Below are positions 18,999 to 28,385 of a stretch of DNA of 64,000 nucleotides, one piece after another (the stretch's first letter is position 1; every line of letters starts with the position of its first letter). The notes below the pieces were generated by a model. That model had not been told where the DNA came from. It made no database searches and was given only the letters and a program-made list of their open reading frames with translations. Source of the stretch: an uncultured Bacillota bacterium. Its GTDB lineage: Bacteria; Sysuimicrobiota; Sysuimicrobiia; Sysuimicrobiales; Segetimicrobiaceae. Both the position numbers and the translations under genes were made by a program. The DNA is taken from assembly GCA_963804645.1 (NCBI GenBank), contig CAWDRG010000015.1, positions 96,001-160,000 on the forward strand, given 5' to 3'.

Positions 18999-19304
18999 GG
19001 CTTCCTCCGGCGTGATGAACAGGTAGTGGTTCCTTTCGTCCGGCCGCGGCTACCTCCTGTGCCGTGGGAGTGCGGGGACCGCGCGGCCGGCCGGTCGGCG
19101 GCACCTCATCCGTTGGAACGGGCCGCCGGACGTATTCGGACATATGTGCGGCAGAGAGGTTTGATCGGGAGGCGCCGGCATGTATTATCTAAACTTAGGG
19201 AGGGTTCGATGTCGTGTGACCTCCCAAGATCCGGTCTGCTCATCACTCCACGCTTCAGGTGCGCTAGCGAATGTAACGAAAGCTCACTCAGGGAGGACCC
19301 CGCG

Positions 19305-20282
19305 ATGAAGCGCTTGTGCCTCGTTGGCGTTGCGTTGACGGTGCTCGGATTTGCGGTTCCGGCGATGGCCGCTCCGATCAGCTACCAGTTCCAAACCATC
19401 ATCAACCCAAACGATAGCACGTTCACGCAGCTGCTCGGGATCAACGACGCCAGCACGATCGCCGGATATTTCGGGAGCGGCGCCGCGGGCCATCCCAATC
19501 AAGGGTTCACGTTGACCCTGCCCAGCAGTTTCACGCCCGAGAACTTCCCCGGTTCGGCCCAGACGCAGGTCGTCGGCATCAATAACCTCGGGAACACGGC
19601 GGGCTTTTACATCACGGGGGGCATGACCCCGACCACGAACGGGTTCCTCGATACCGGCGGAGTGTTTTCAACGGTCGATGCCCCTGCCACGGTATTCAAT
19701 CAGCTTCTCGGCCTGAACAATAACGGAGAGGCGGCGGGGTACTCATCCGCCATCGATCCGGCCGGGATGAACGGCCAGGAGGCGTACACGGAACAGGGCG
19801 GAACCTTTACGTACCTGACCAGCTTGCTCCCGTCGGGCACCCAGAACAATCAGGCCACGGGGGTAAACGATTCCGGAGAGGTGTCGGGATTCTACGTCGA
19901 CAGCCTCGGGGTGACTCACGGCTTTCTACTGAACGGCAGCACGCTGACGACGATCGACCCAACCGGGTCGATGTTCACGCAGGCGCTCGGCGTGAATAAC
20001 TTGGGACAGGTCTCCGGCGTGTACATCGACTCCGGAATGGTGCAACACGGGTTCCTGGACATCAACGGCACCTTCCAGACGATCGACGATCCGGCCGGCT
20101 TCGGCACGACCACCGTGAACGGGCTCAACAACCAAGACCAGCTGGTCGGGTTCTACGTCGATGGCAACGATAACACCGACGGCTTCGTGGCCTCCCCGAC
20201 GCCAGAGCCGGGCTCGCTCCTGCTCCTGAGCACCGGCCTCGCCGGGTTCGGGGCGTACCGGCGCCGCCGCCAGCGCGGATAA
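19305..20282 (+). CDS. PEP-CTERM-anchored surface protein with HAF-like/propeller repeats
   Basis: N-terminal Sec signal, repeated 'GIN(N/D).G...G.Y....(H)GF' units, and a C-terminal TPEPGSLLLLSTGLAGFGAYRRRR sorting signal. Confidence 0.9.
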   Translation: MKRLCLVGVALTVLGFAVPAMAAPISYQFQTIINPNDSTFTQLLGINDASTIAGYFGSGAAGHPNQGFTLTLPSSFTPENFPGSAQTQVVGINNLGNTAGFYITGGMTPTTNGFLDTGGVFSTVDAPATVFNQLLGLNNNGEAAGYSSAIDPAGMNGQEAYTEQGGTFTYLTSLLPSGTQNNQATGVNDSGEVSGFYVDSLGVTHGFLLNGSTLTTIDPTGSMFTQALGVNNLGQVSGVYIDSGMVQHGFLDINGTFQTIDDPAGFGTTTVNGLNNQDQLVGFYVDGNDNTDGFVASPTPEPGSLLLLSTGLAGFGAYRRRRQRG

Positions 20283-20295
20283 CGCTCGTTCCGCG

Positions 20296-20340
20296 CTGAC
20301 CGCGGCTCACCCACGAGGCGCATGAGGGGTGAGCCGTCAG
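20296..20340 (+). terminator. stem-loop downstream of the PEP-CTERM gene
   Basis: cggctcaccc (20303-20312) pairs with gggtgagccg (20327-20336), extended by ctgac/gtcag. No U-tract. Confidence 0.45.
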
Positions 20341-20823
20341 GCCGCGGCGGCCGCTGTTGTGTCTCCGGCGGGCGCCCTCGGCGACCCATCACAGGCCCGG
20401 CTCTCCGGCTGCGGGGAGTCCATACCTTCTCGTCTTCGCGGTCACACCGAATCCTCCATCAATTCCTCGGCGAACAGAGGGCCGCGAGGGATCACGGACG
20501 GGTGCACGTCCGAGACCGGGATGCCGGCCGGCGGTGCCGTCGTCGCCTTGACCCGTCGGCAGCCGGCCCGCTCGGGGCAGATTACTGGCCGCGGGAAGAG
20601 GGGTGACGGAGGGGTCTACGGGAGCGCCTGCGGAACTATACCGGCGATCACGCGGCCGGGACGTCTGCCAGAGTCGGGCACGACGAAGACGAAGCGAGGG
20701 CCGGGCCATGGCGCGGCGCTGGTGTCAGCGTTGGATGTCGATCGCCGGACTGGTGCTGCTCGGCGGGATCGCCCTCGCCGCGCCCGTGCCGTCGGCCGCG
20801 GCCGCGGGGAGAGGGAGGTAAGT

Positions 20824-22176
20824 ATGGACGCACTGAGCGCGCACGTCGATGCGGAGCTGCCGAAGACGCTGGAGGACCTCAGGCGGCTGGTCCGGATCCC
20901 GTCCGTGGCCGCCCAGCGGATTGGGATCCCCGAGACCGCCGCGGCGGTGGGGGAGCTGCTGCGGAGCGCCGGCGGCCGGGTGACGATGCTGACCCCGGAC
21001 GGCGGCAGTCCCGTGGTCACCGCCGAGTTCGACGGGCGCTCCGATCGGACGCTGCTCTTCTACGATCACTACGACGTCCAGCCAGCGGAGCCGCTTGACG
21101 AGTGGACCGTGCCGCCGTTCGACGTGACCGAGCGCGACGGCCTCCTGATCGGGCGCGGCATCGCGGACAACAAGGGCGATCTCGTGACCCGGGTCGCGGC
21201 GCTGCGCGCGCTCACCGCGGTGCACGGCGGCCTGCCGTGCCGCGTGAAGTTCGTGGTCGAGGGCGAAGAGGAGGTCAGCAGCGTGCACTTCGGCGCCGCG
21301 GTGCGCGGAGCCAAGGAGCTGCTGCGCGCGGACGCGTGCATTTGGGAGTACGGCGAGCGCGATCACCAGGAGCGAATGCACCTCATCCTCGGCATGAAGG
21401 GAATCTGCTACCTCGAGCTCACAGCGACGACCGCGCGGGTCGATCTGCACTCGTCGTTCGGGTCGGTGATCGAGGGGGCGACGATGCGGCTGATCTGGGC
21501 CCTCGCGACGTTCAAGGACCAGCACGGGCGCGTGCAGATCCCGGGCCACTACGATCGCGTGCGCCGGCCCACCGACGCCGAGGAGGCCGCCTCGCGGCAG
21601 ATTCCTCCGGACGCCGTGGACAGCCTGCGCCGGCAGGCCGGCGTCGAGACGCTGATCGGGGGGGTGCAAGGCGCGGAGGCCGTCCGCCAGTTCCTGTTCG
21701 CGCCCACGTGCACGGTGTGCGGCGTGTGGGGCGGTTACACGCTCGGCGGGTCGAAGACGGTGCTCCCGAAGGTCGCTCGGGCGAAGCTCGACTTCCGCCT
21801 GGTGCCGGACCAGGATCCCCACGAGGTGGCGCGTAACGTGCGGCGGCATCTCGACGCCGGAGGGTTCATGGACATCGAGATGGCGGTGCTCGGCGCCGAG
21901 TTTCCGTTCCGGACCGATCTCGCGGATCCGTTCGTCGGGCTGGTCCGGCAGTCGGTGGAGGCCGCGACGGGCCGGTCGGTGCTGGTTTATCCCACCTCTG
22001 CCGGCACCGGGCCGATGCACGACGTCGGGCCGGTGCTGAACGTCCCCATGATCAGCGTCGGCGCGGGGTATTGGAACGGCCGCCCGCACGCGCCCGACGA
22101 GAACGTCCGGAAAAAGGATTTTCGCGAGACCATCGTGCTGATGGCCGACATCTTGGAGCGCTTCGCGAAGGGCTAG
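20824..22176 (+). CDS. M20/M25/M40 family metallo-dipeptidase
   Basis: YDHYDVQP, GRGIADNKG, EGEEE and HAPDEN motifs. GGGAGG RBS. Confidence 0.92.
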   Translation: MDALSAHVDAELPKTLEDLRRLVRIPSVAAQRIGIPETAAAVGELLRSAGGRVTMLTPDGGSPVVTAEFDGRSDRTLLFYDHYDVQPAEPLDEWTVPPFDVTERDGLLIGRGIADNKGDLVTRVAALRALTAVHGGLPCRVKFVVEGEEEVSSVHFGAAVRGAKELLRADACIWEYGERDHQERMHLILGMKGICYLELTATTARVDLHSSFGSVIEGATMRLIWALATFKDQHGRVQIPGHYDRVRRPTDAEEAASRQIPPDAVDSLRRQAGVETLIGGVQGAEAVRQFLFAPTCTVCGVWGGYTLGGSKTVLPKVARAKLDFRLVPDQDPHEVARNVRRHLDAGGFMDIEMAVLGAEFPFRTDLADPFVGLVRQSVEAATGRSVLVYPTSAGTGPMHDVGPVLNVPMISVGAGYWNGRPHAPDENVRKKDFRETIVLMADILERFAKG

Positions 22177-22347
22177 CGGGGGGAAAGCTCCGAGCCGTCC
22201 GGACAGGCTGCGCCGGCCGGGGGGGTCGGACCGGCGCCCGAGACCAAGATCAGGCGGGTGCCCGATGCCAAGACTTCCCTGTTCCAGGTATGCTGGGACC
22301 CAAGACGGCCCGTTTCCGACGCAACGGGGCCGCGGAGGTGATGGATC

Positions 22348-22953
22348 ATGTCCGAGCGCAGCGCGCAGATCTCGCAGCTACCTGAACCACCGATCGCACG
22401 CTTTCTGTTCGCCGACACCCGCATGGCATGGTTTTGGCTGATCGTACGGCTGTACGCCGGGTACCTCTGGCTGATCGAGGGCTGGGCCAAGATTCACGAC
22501 CCCGTCTGGGCCGGCTCGAAGGCCGGGACCGCCATGACGGGATTCGTCGCCGGGGCCCTCAAGAAGGCCGCCGCCGGGGGGGCGCACCCAGACGTGGCCG
22601 GCTGGTATGCGGTGTTCTTGCATAATTTCGTGGCGCCGCACGTCGTGGCGTGGAGTTACGCGATCGCGTTCGGCGAGTTCTTCGTCGGACTCGGACTGGT
22701 GCTGGGCCTGTTCACGGGGATCGCGGCGTTCTTCGGAGGCCTGATGAACGCCAACTACCTGCTCGCGGGAACCGTGAGTGTTAATCCGATGTTCTTTGTT
22801 CTCGCCACATGGCTGGTGCTTGCGTGGCGGATCGCGGGCTACTACGGGCTCGATTACTATGTCCTTCCCATGGTCGGGGTGCCCGGAGCCCCCGGGAAGG
22901 TGTTCAAGAAGGCGGACGCACCCCCGGCTGCGGCCCCGGCGGCCTCCCGCTAG
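22348..22953 (+). CDS. DoxX/DoxD-like membrane protein
   Basis: RLYAGY.W...GW.K, WY..FL, GEF.VGLGL..GLFT and N.LLAG.VS.NP motifs. Confidence 0.85.
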   Translation: MSERSAQISQLPEPPIARFLFADTRMAWFWLIVRLYAGYLWLIEGWAKIHDPVWAGSKAGTAMTGFVAGALKKAAAGGAHPDVAGWYAVFLHNFVAPHVVAWSYAIAFGEFFVGLGLVLGLFTGIAAFFGGLMNANYLLAGTVSVNPMFFVLATWLVLAWRIAGYYGLDYYVLPMVGVPGAPGKVFKKADAPPAAAPAASR

Positions 22954-22975
22954 CGGTCGCCAAACGTCTGTTCGC

Positions 22976-23002
22976 CCGCCCGGCCGGACCCCGGCCGGGC
23001 GG
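22976..23002 (+). terminator. perfect 12-bp inverted repeat after doxX
   Basis: ccgcccggccgg-acc-ccggccgggcgg, followed by cggcattt. Confidence 0.55.
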
Positions 23003-23156
23003 CGGCATTTCCCGCGAGCGTAATTGTGCGCCCCGGGCGTATTTCGTCGCGGGCCGTCGTTCAGGTATAGTATGGGGACCGGGAACAGACTGCGTCCTTT
23101 CCCGGCGTCCGCGTCCTACTCGTTGTCATCTCCCAGAACATAAGGAGGATGATTCC

Positions 23157-23627
23157 ATGTCAGTTGCGGTCGGTCAGCAGGCACCTGATGCGGTACTGGT
23201 CGGCGGTGACCGCAAGGCGGTGAAGATCAGCGACCTTCGCGGCAAGCCCACCGTCCTCGCGTTCTTTCCGGCGGCGTTCACCGGCACGTGCACCAAGGAG
23301 ATGTGCCGGTTCCGCGATGATCTCAGCCGGTACAACTCGCTGAACGCCAACGTCGTCGGGATCAGCGCCGACACGCCGTTCGTGCTGGCGGAGTTCGCCA
23401 AGCAGAATCAGCTCACGTTTCCGATGCTGAGCGACTTCAACCACGAGGCGATGCAGGCGTTCGGCGTGTACGATGGGGGCTTCCTCGGGGGCCTGCTGAA
23501 GGGGATCGCGAGGCGGTCGGTGTTCGTGCTCGATAAGAACGGGAAGGTCGTGTACACGTGGATCGCGGACGCGCCCGGCGAGCCCCCGTACGACCAGGTC
23601 CAGGCGGCCGTGCAGCAGGCGCAGTAG
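23157..23627 (+). CDS. peroxiredoxin (AhpC/TSA; BCP/AhpE-like)
   Basis: FFPAAFTGTCTKEMC, GISAD and RSVFVLD motifs. TAAGGAGG RBS. Confidence 0.9.
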   Translation: MSVAVGQQAPDAVLVGGDRKAVKISDLRGKPTVLAFFPAAFTGTCTKEMCRFRDDLSRYNSLNANVVGISADTPFVLAEFAKQNQLTFPMLSDFNHEAMQAFGVYDGGFLGGLLKGIARRSVFVLDKNGKVVYTWIADAPGEPPYDQVQAAVQQAQ

Positions 23628-23707
23628 CCCGGGCGGGGGTGCTCCCCGCCGTCGAGCCTGCCGCGGCCGCCGCGGCCGGATCTCATCGGACGAAAGGAGT
23701 CTTGGCG

Positions 23708-25037
23708 ATGATGCCCACGGTTCGCACGGTGCTGCCGAACGGCCTCGTCGTCCTCTTGCGTGAGGTGCACACGGCTCCGGTGGCCACGTTTTGGGCGTGG
23801 TACCGGGTCGGCAGCCGGAACGAGGTGCCCGGCATCACGGGGATCTCGCACTGGGTGGAGCACATGCTGTTCAAGGGCACGCCGACGCTCGGCAAGGGTG
23901 AGTTTCCGCGCCTCGTGAACCGCCACGGCGGCTCGTGGAACGGGTTCACGTGGAAGGATTTCACCGCGTACTTCGAGACCCTGCCGGCCGAGCACGTCGA
24001 CCTCGGCATTCGGATCGAGTCCGACCGCATGATCAACACGCTGTTCGAGCCGGAGGAGGTCGAGAGCGAGCGGACGGTCATCGTGTCCGAGCGCGAGGGC
24101 GCCGAGAACAATCCCGAGTACGCCCTGTACGAGGAGCTCGAGTCCGCGGCGTATCGCGTCCACGCGTACCGGCACGCGGTGATCGGATACAAGAGCGACC
24201 TGTGGGCCATCACCCGGGACGACCTGTACCACCACTACCGCACGTTCTACGCGCCCAACAACGCGGTCGTCGTGGCCGTGGGGGATTTTGACAGCGCGGA
24301 TCTGCTCGCGCGCATCACCGATGCGTTCGGAAGCATTCCGGCCGGGGCCGCCCCGCCCGCGGTGCGGAGCGTGGAGCCGCCGCAGGAGGGGGAGCGCCGC
24401 GTGACCGTCCGCCGCCCGGGCGGCGCCGTCCCGATCGTGCAGATGGGGTTCCATGTGCCGGCCGTCACGTCGCCGGACTTCTTCCCGCTGCTGCTCGTCG
24501 ACGGGGTGCTCTCGGGGTTCAAGGGGCCCGGCGTATTCGGCGGCGAGGCGCTCGGGGCCCGGAGCAGCCGGCTCTACCGCGCACTCGTGGAGCGAGAACT
24601 GGCGGTCGACGCGGGCAGCGCGTGCCGGCCCTCGCGGGACCCGACGCTGTTCGAGGTAGGGGCGACGCTGCGCCCCGAAGTCGCGCCGGAGCGGGCCGAA
24701 GCAGCGCTGCTCGAAGAGCTTCGGCGCGTGAGCGAGGAGCCCGTGAGCGAAGAGGAGCTGGCGCGGGTGCGCAAGCAGGCGCGCGCGCAGTGGGTGTATG
24801 CCGGCGACGGCGTGAGCCCGCAGGCCGTACTGCTCGGCAGCATGGAGATCGTGGCCGAGACCGGGATTCCTCGACACATTCTGGGATCGGCTCTCCGCCG
24901 TGACGCCCGACGCGATGCGTGAGGCCGCCGCCCGGACCTTCAGCGAGCGCAACCGGACCGTGGGCTGGTACTTCCCCGAGCCGGGCGAGGACACGGTGTC
25001 CTCCGGCGACGCGGCGGAGGTGGCGCACCATGCCTGA
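23708..25037 (+). CDS. M16 family zinc peptidase, catalytic subunit (apparent +1 frameshift at ~24863-24865)
   Basis: GISHWVEHMLFKG (HxxEH). The expected C-terminus (FLDTFWDRLSAVTPDAMREAAARTFSERNRTVGWY) continues in another frame to TGA at 25037, overlapping the next ATG. Confidence 0.85.
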
Positions 25038-26328
25038 CGCGCCGCGCTCGGACCGCCCGCGGGTGGCGGTGCCGATCACGCCGGAGCACGTCGTCCGGCA
25101 GCGCCTCGCCAACGGCGCGATCGTGCTCGTGCGGGAGAGCCGCGCCGCGGCCGCGATGACCGTGCGCGGCTATCTGCGCGCGGGTGGGGCCTGCGACCCT
25201 GCGGGCCGCGAGGGCTTGGCGCTGCTGACCGCCTCGCTGCTGACCCGCGGCAGTGCCTCGCATACGTCTGAGAGCCTCGGCCTCGCGCTCGATTCGCTCG
25301 GCGCCACCCTCTCGGTGCGCGCAGACATCGAAGGGGTCTCGTTTTCCGTCCATTGCCTGGCGGAGGACGCGGGCGCGCTGCTCGATCTGCTCGCCGAGGT
25401 CCTCACCCAGCCGACCTTTCCCTCGGATGAGACCGAGAAGCAGCGGATGAAACTCATCACGGGAATCCGCGAGTCCCGCTACGACACCCGGGCCATGGCG
25501 GATAAGACGTTTCGCGCGGCGGCGTACCCGGACGAGCACCCGTACCATCGTCCCCTCGAAGGGGAGGAGGAGACGGTCGCGCCGCTCGTCCGTGAGGATC
25601 TCGCCGCGTTCCACCGCCGGTGGTACCATCCGAAGAGCGCCGTGTTTGCGATTGTCGGCGACGTGCGCGCGGCCGATGTCGTCGCCCGTCTCGACTTGGC
25701 GCTTGCCGGCTGGCGCGTGGGGCCGCCGCCCGACCTTCCGGCCGTTCCGGCCTCCGGACCGGCGCCGTCCGTGCAGCGGCGGACCGTCGCGCTGCCCGGC
25801 AAGACCCAGGCGGATATCGTGCTCGGCGTCCCCGGGTTTACGCGGAAAAGCCCGGACTATTACTCGGCGACGATGGCCGATTTGATCCTCGGCCGCCTCG
25901 GGCTGATGGGACGGCTCGGCGCGACGCTTCGCGACGAGGAAGGGCTGGCGTATTACGTGTACAGTCAGGCCCAGGCCGGGTTTCTCGCCGGGCCGTGGGC
26001 GGTGCGCGCCGGGGTCAATCCTAAGAACGTGGACCGTACTGTCACCGGGATCGTGCGCGAGATCCAGGGACTGCAGCGTGAACCCGTTCGCGGTGACGAG
26101 CTGCGGGATGCGCAGGAGTACGTCACGGGGTCGCTCGCCGTGCGGCTCGAGACGGACGCGGGGATCGCCCAGGCGCTGCTCGACATCGAGCTCTACGATC
26201 TCGGGTTGGACTATCTGCTGCGGTACCCGGGGCTGATCAGAGGCGTGACTCCGGACCAGATCGGCGCGGCGGCCCAGCGCTATTTGCGGTTGGACGGCTA
26301 TACGGTCGCGACCGCCGTGCCGGCGTGA
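25030..26328 (+). CDS. M16 family peptidase, non-catalytic subunit
   Basis: L.NG, GLA.LTA.LL.RG (no HxxEH), SRL-equivalent GRL...LR.E.GLAY and VT.DQI..AA..YL motifs. Confidence 0.88.
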   Translation: MPDAPRSDRPRVAVPITPEHVVRQRLANGAIVLVRESRAAAAMTVRGYLRAGGACDPAGREGLALLTASLLTRGSASHTSESLGLALDSLGATLSVRADIEGVSFSVHCLAEDAGALLDLLAEVLTQPTFPSDETEKQRMKLITGIRESRYDTRAMADKTFRAAAYPDEHPYHRPLEGEEETVAPLVREDLAAFHRRWYHPKSAVFAIVGDVRAADVVARLDLALAGWRVGPPPDLPAVPASGPAPSVQRRTVALPGKTQADIVLGVPGFTRKSPDYYSATMADLILGRLGLMGRLGATLRDEEGLAYYVYSQAQAGFLAGPWAVRAGVNPKNVDRTVTGIVREIQGLQREPVRGDELRDAQEYVTGSLAVRLETDAGIAQALLDIELYDLGLDYLLRYPGLIRGVTPDQIGAAAQRYLRLDGYTVATAVPA

Positions 26329-26458
26329 TCGGCGTCTTCGCAGGCCCGGCGGTTCCGCGTGACTGAGCGGTGCGGAGCGCAGGGCATCGCGTCATGAGGT
26401 CGGCCGACGCAGCGCGGCGCGCCGCGCATCGTCGGACGACCGTGCGAGGAGTGCCCGC

Positions 26459-27220
26459 GTGACGACGTCGTTCACGGTGACCGCGCTGCAGGGCCTGCCG
26501 GAGGTGCGGCCCGGGGCCTTGCTGCCCGACCTGATCGTGGCCGCCCTGCGAGAGCGGGGTCCGCGTCCGGAAGACGGCGACATTCTCGTCGTCGCCCAAA
26601 AGGTCGTCAGCAAGGCGGAAGGCAGCGTCGTCGATCTGCGCGAGGTCACGCCGAGCGCGGAGGCGCTGCGGCTCGCGGCGCCTGGCGGCAAGGACCCGCG
26701 TCTTGTCGAAGTGATCCTGCGCGAGTCCAAGCGTGTCGTGCGCGCGCAGGGGGGCGTGCTGATCACCGAGCACCATCTGGGATATATCTCGGCGAACGCC
26801 GGCGTGGACCACAGCAATGCCGGGATCGGACCCGAGGTGGTGACCCTCCTCCCGCGCGATCCGGATGCGTCGGCGCGCGCGCTGCGCGAGGCGGTGCGCG
26901 GCGCGTTCGGGGTGTCGGTGGCGGTGCTGGTGAACGACAGCCACGGCCGTCCGCATCGCGAGGGCGCCGTCGGCGTCTGCATCGGCGCCGCGGGCATCGA
27001 GCCGCTCGTGAGCCTGGTCGGCCGGCCGGATCGGCACGGGTACACGATGCGGACGTCCGTGGAAGCCGTCGCCGACGAACTGGCCGGTGCGGCCACCCTC
27101 GTGCAGGGTCAGTGTGACGAAGGGACGCCGGTGGCGCTGATCCGCGGTGTCGTTGTGCCGCTCGGGGACGGGAGCGCCGCGCAGCTGCTGCGGGATCCCT
27201 CGAAGGATCTGTTTCGGTAG
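26459..27220 (+). CDS. cofE: coenzyme F420-0:L-glutamate ligase
   Basis: GLPEV.PG, DGDILVVAQKVVSKAEG, ANAGVD.SN, LLP.DPD.SA, DS.GRP.R.G and AVADELA motifs. Confidence 0.92.
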   Translation: MTTSFTVTALQGLPEVRPGALLPDLIVAALRERGPRPEDGDILVVAQKVVSKAEGSVVDLREVTPSAEALRLAAPGGKDPRLVEVILRESKRVVRAQGGVLITEHHLGYISANAGVDHSNAGIGPEVVTLLPRDPDASARALREAVRGAFGVSVAVLVNDSHGRPHREGAVGVCIGAAGIEPLVSLVGRPDRHGYTMRTSVEAVADELAGAATLVQGQCDEGTPVALIRGVVVPLGDGSAAQLLRDPSKDLFR

Positions 27221-27297
27221 GCTCCGCCCGGGACGACGTGCCGTCTCCCGGCGCGGATGGGATAGGTCCGACGACGCGGGCCGTTTCACCGGGACCG

Positions 27298-27513
27298 CGC
27301 GGCGGCCCCCCGCTCAGCTTCGGTCAAAAGTCCTGCCCAACGCCGAGGCGCGCGCGCCACGCGACCGAGGTCGCGACGTTTCCGTAGTCGTATGCTTCCC
27401 GCCCGGAGACGGGAACCAACACGGGCGCCGGGCGGCGCGTGACCGCCGCGTTACAGGTAGGAGATCGAGCGCTCGGGGGGAACTGCGACAGGGCGCGGTG
27501 GGGGGACGCCGCG
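27298..27513 (-). ncRNA. candidate 6S RNA-like rod-shaped RNA
   Basis: Nested helices on the minus strand: cgcggcg/cgccgcg + C6/G6; cctgtc/ggcagg; ccgag/ctcgg; ggcg/cgtc; ccgt/acgg; gttg/cgac; ttcccgtc-TCCG-ggcgggaa (cUNCGg loop). Most G-U pairs work only on the minus strand. Segments resemble E. coli 6S as I recall it. Confidence 0.5.
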
Positions 27514-27538
27514 GAGGAAGAGGAGAGCGAGCGGCGCA

Positions 27539-28273
27539 ATGCGGATCACGTTTCTCGGCAGCGGCGATGCGTTCAGCACGGGCGGGCGGTTTCACACGTG
27601 CATGCTGGTGGAGACGGAGGCGACACGGTTTCTGATCGACTGCGGGGGCTCGGCGATCACCGCGATCCAGCAGCGCGGCGTGGACACGAACACAATCGGG
27701 ACGATCGTGCTCACCCATCTGCACGGCGATCACTTCGGCGGTCTTCCCTACGTGCTGCTCGACGGTCAGTTCGACCGTCGGCGCACGGCGGGGCTGGTGA
27801 TTGCCGGGCCCCCGGCGTCGCGGTCGCGCATCGCCGCGATGATGGAGGCGCTGTATCCGGGCATGTGGGAGCGGACCTGGCGGTTTCCGATCGAGGTCGT
27901 CGAACTGGCCCCGCGCACGGCGTGGCAGTTCGATGCGGTGGCGGTCACGCCGTATGTTGTCGAGCACGCGCCCGAGTCGACGTGTCTCGCCCTGCGCATC
28001 GCGTGCGGGGGCACCACGATCGCGTACTCGGGAGACACGCAGTGGACGCCGGCGCTGGTGGAGGCGGCCCGGGGCACCGACCTGTTCGTCTGCGAGTGCA
28101 ACAGTTACGACCGGGCCATCCCGGGACACACGGACCTGCCGACGCTGGTCGCGCACCGGCGCGAGCTCGAGACGAAGCGTCTGATCCTCACGCATCTCGG
28201 GCCGGCGATGCTGGCCCACGCGGACACCCTGCCGTACGAGTACGCCGTCGACGGCCTGAGCGTCACGGTGTGA
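27539..28273 (+). CDS. MBL-fold metallo-hydrolase (RNase BN/Z-like)
   Basis: FLGSG, LIDCG, THLHGDHFGG (HxHxDH), YSGDT and LTHL motifs. Confidence 0.9.
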   Translation: MRITFLGSGDAFSTGGRFHTCMLVETEATRFLIDCGGSAITAIQQRGVDTNTIGTIVLTHLHGDHFGGLPYVLLDGQFDRRRTAGLVIAGPPASRSRIAAMMEALYPGMWERTWRFPIEVVELAPRTAWQFDAVAVTPYVVEHAPESTCLALRIACGGTTIAYSGDTQWTPALVEAARGTDLFVCECNSYDRAIPGHTDLPTLVAHRRELETKRLILTHLGPAMLAHADTLPYEYAVDGLSVTV

Positions 28274-28385
28274 GCGGTCCCCTGCCGCGACAGGACAACG
28301 CCCCCCGGTGCATAATGTCCGTGGCGGGGTGGCGCGGCGGGGCGCCCGGCGAGCCGGGGAGACGCCCCCGCGCGGGGAGGACGGG

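Noticed and set aside
27324..27539. 71-aa ORF, or a lysine/cobalamin riboswitch, in the cofE-MBL gap
   Set aside because: The ORF lacks coding character, and the riboswitch core motifs are missing or out of order. The rod-like RNA explains the region better.
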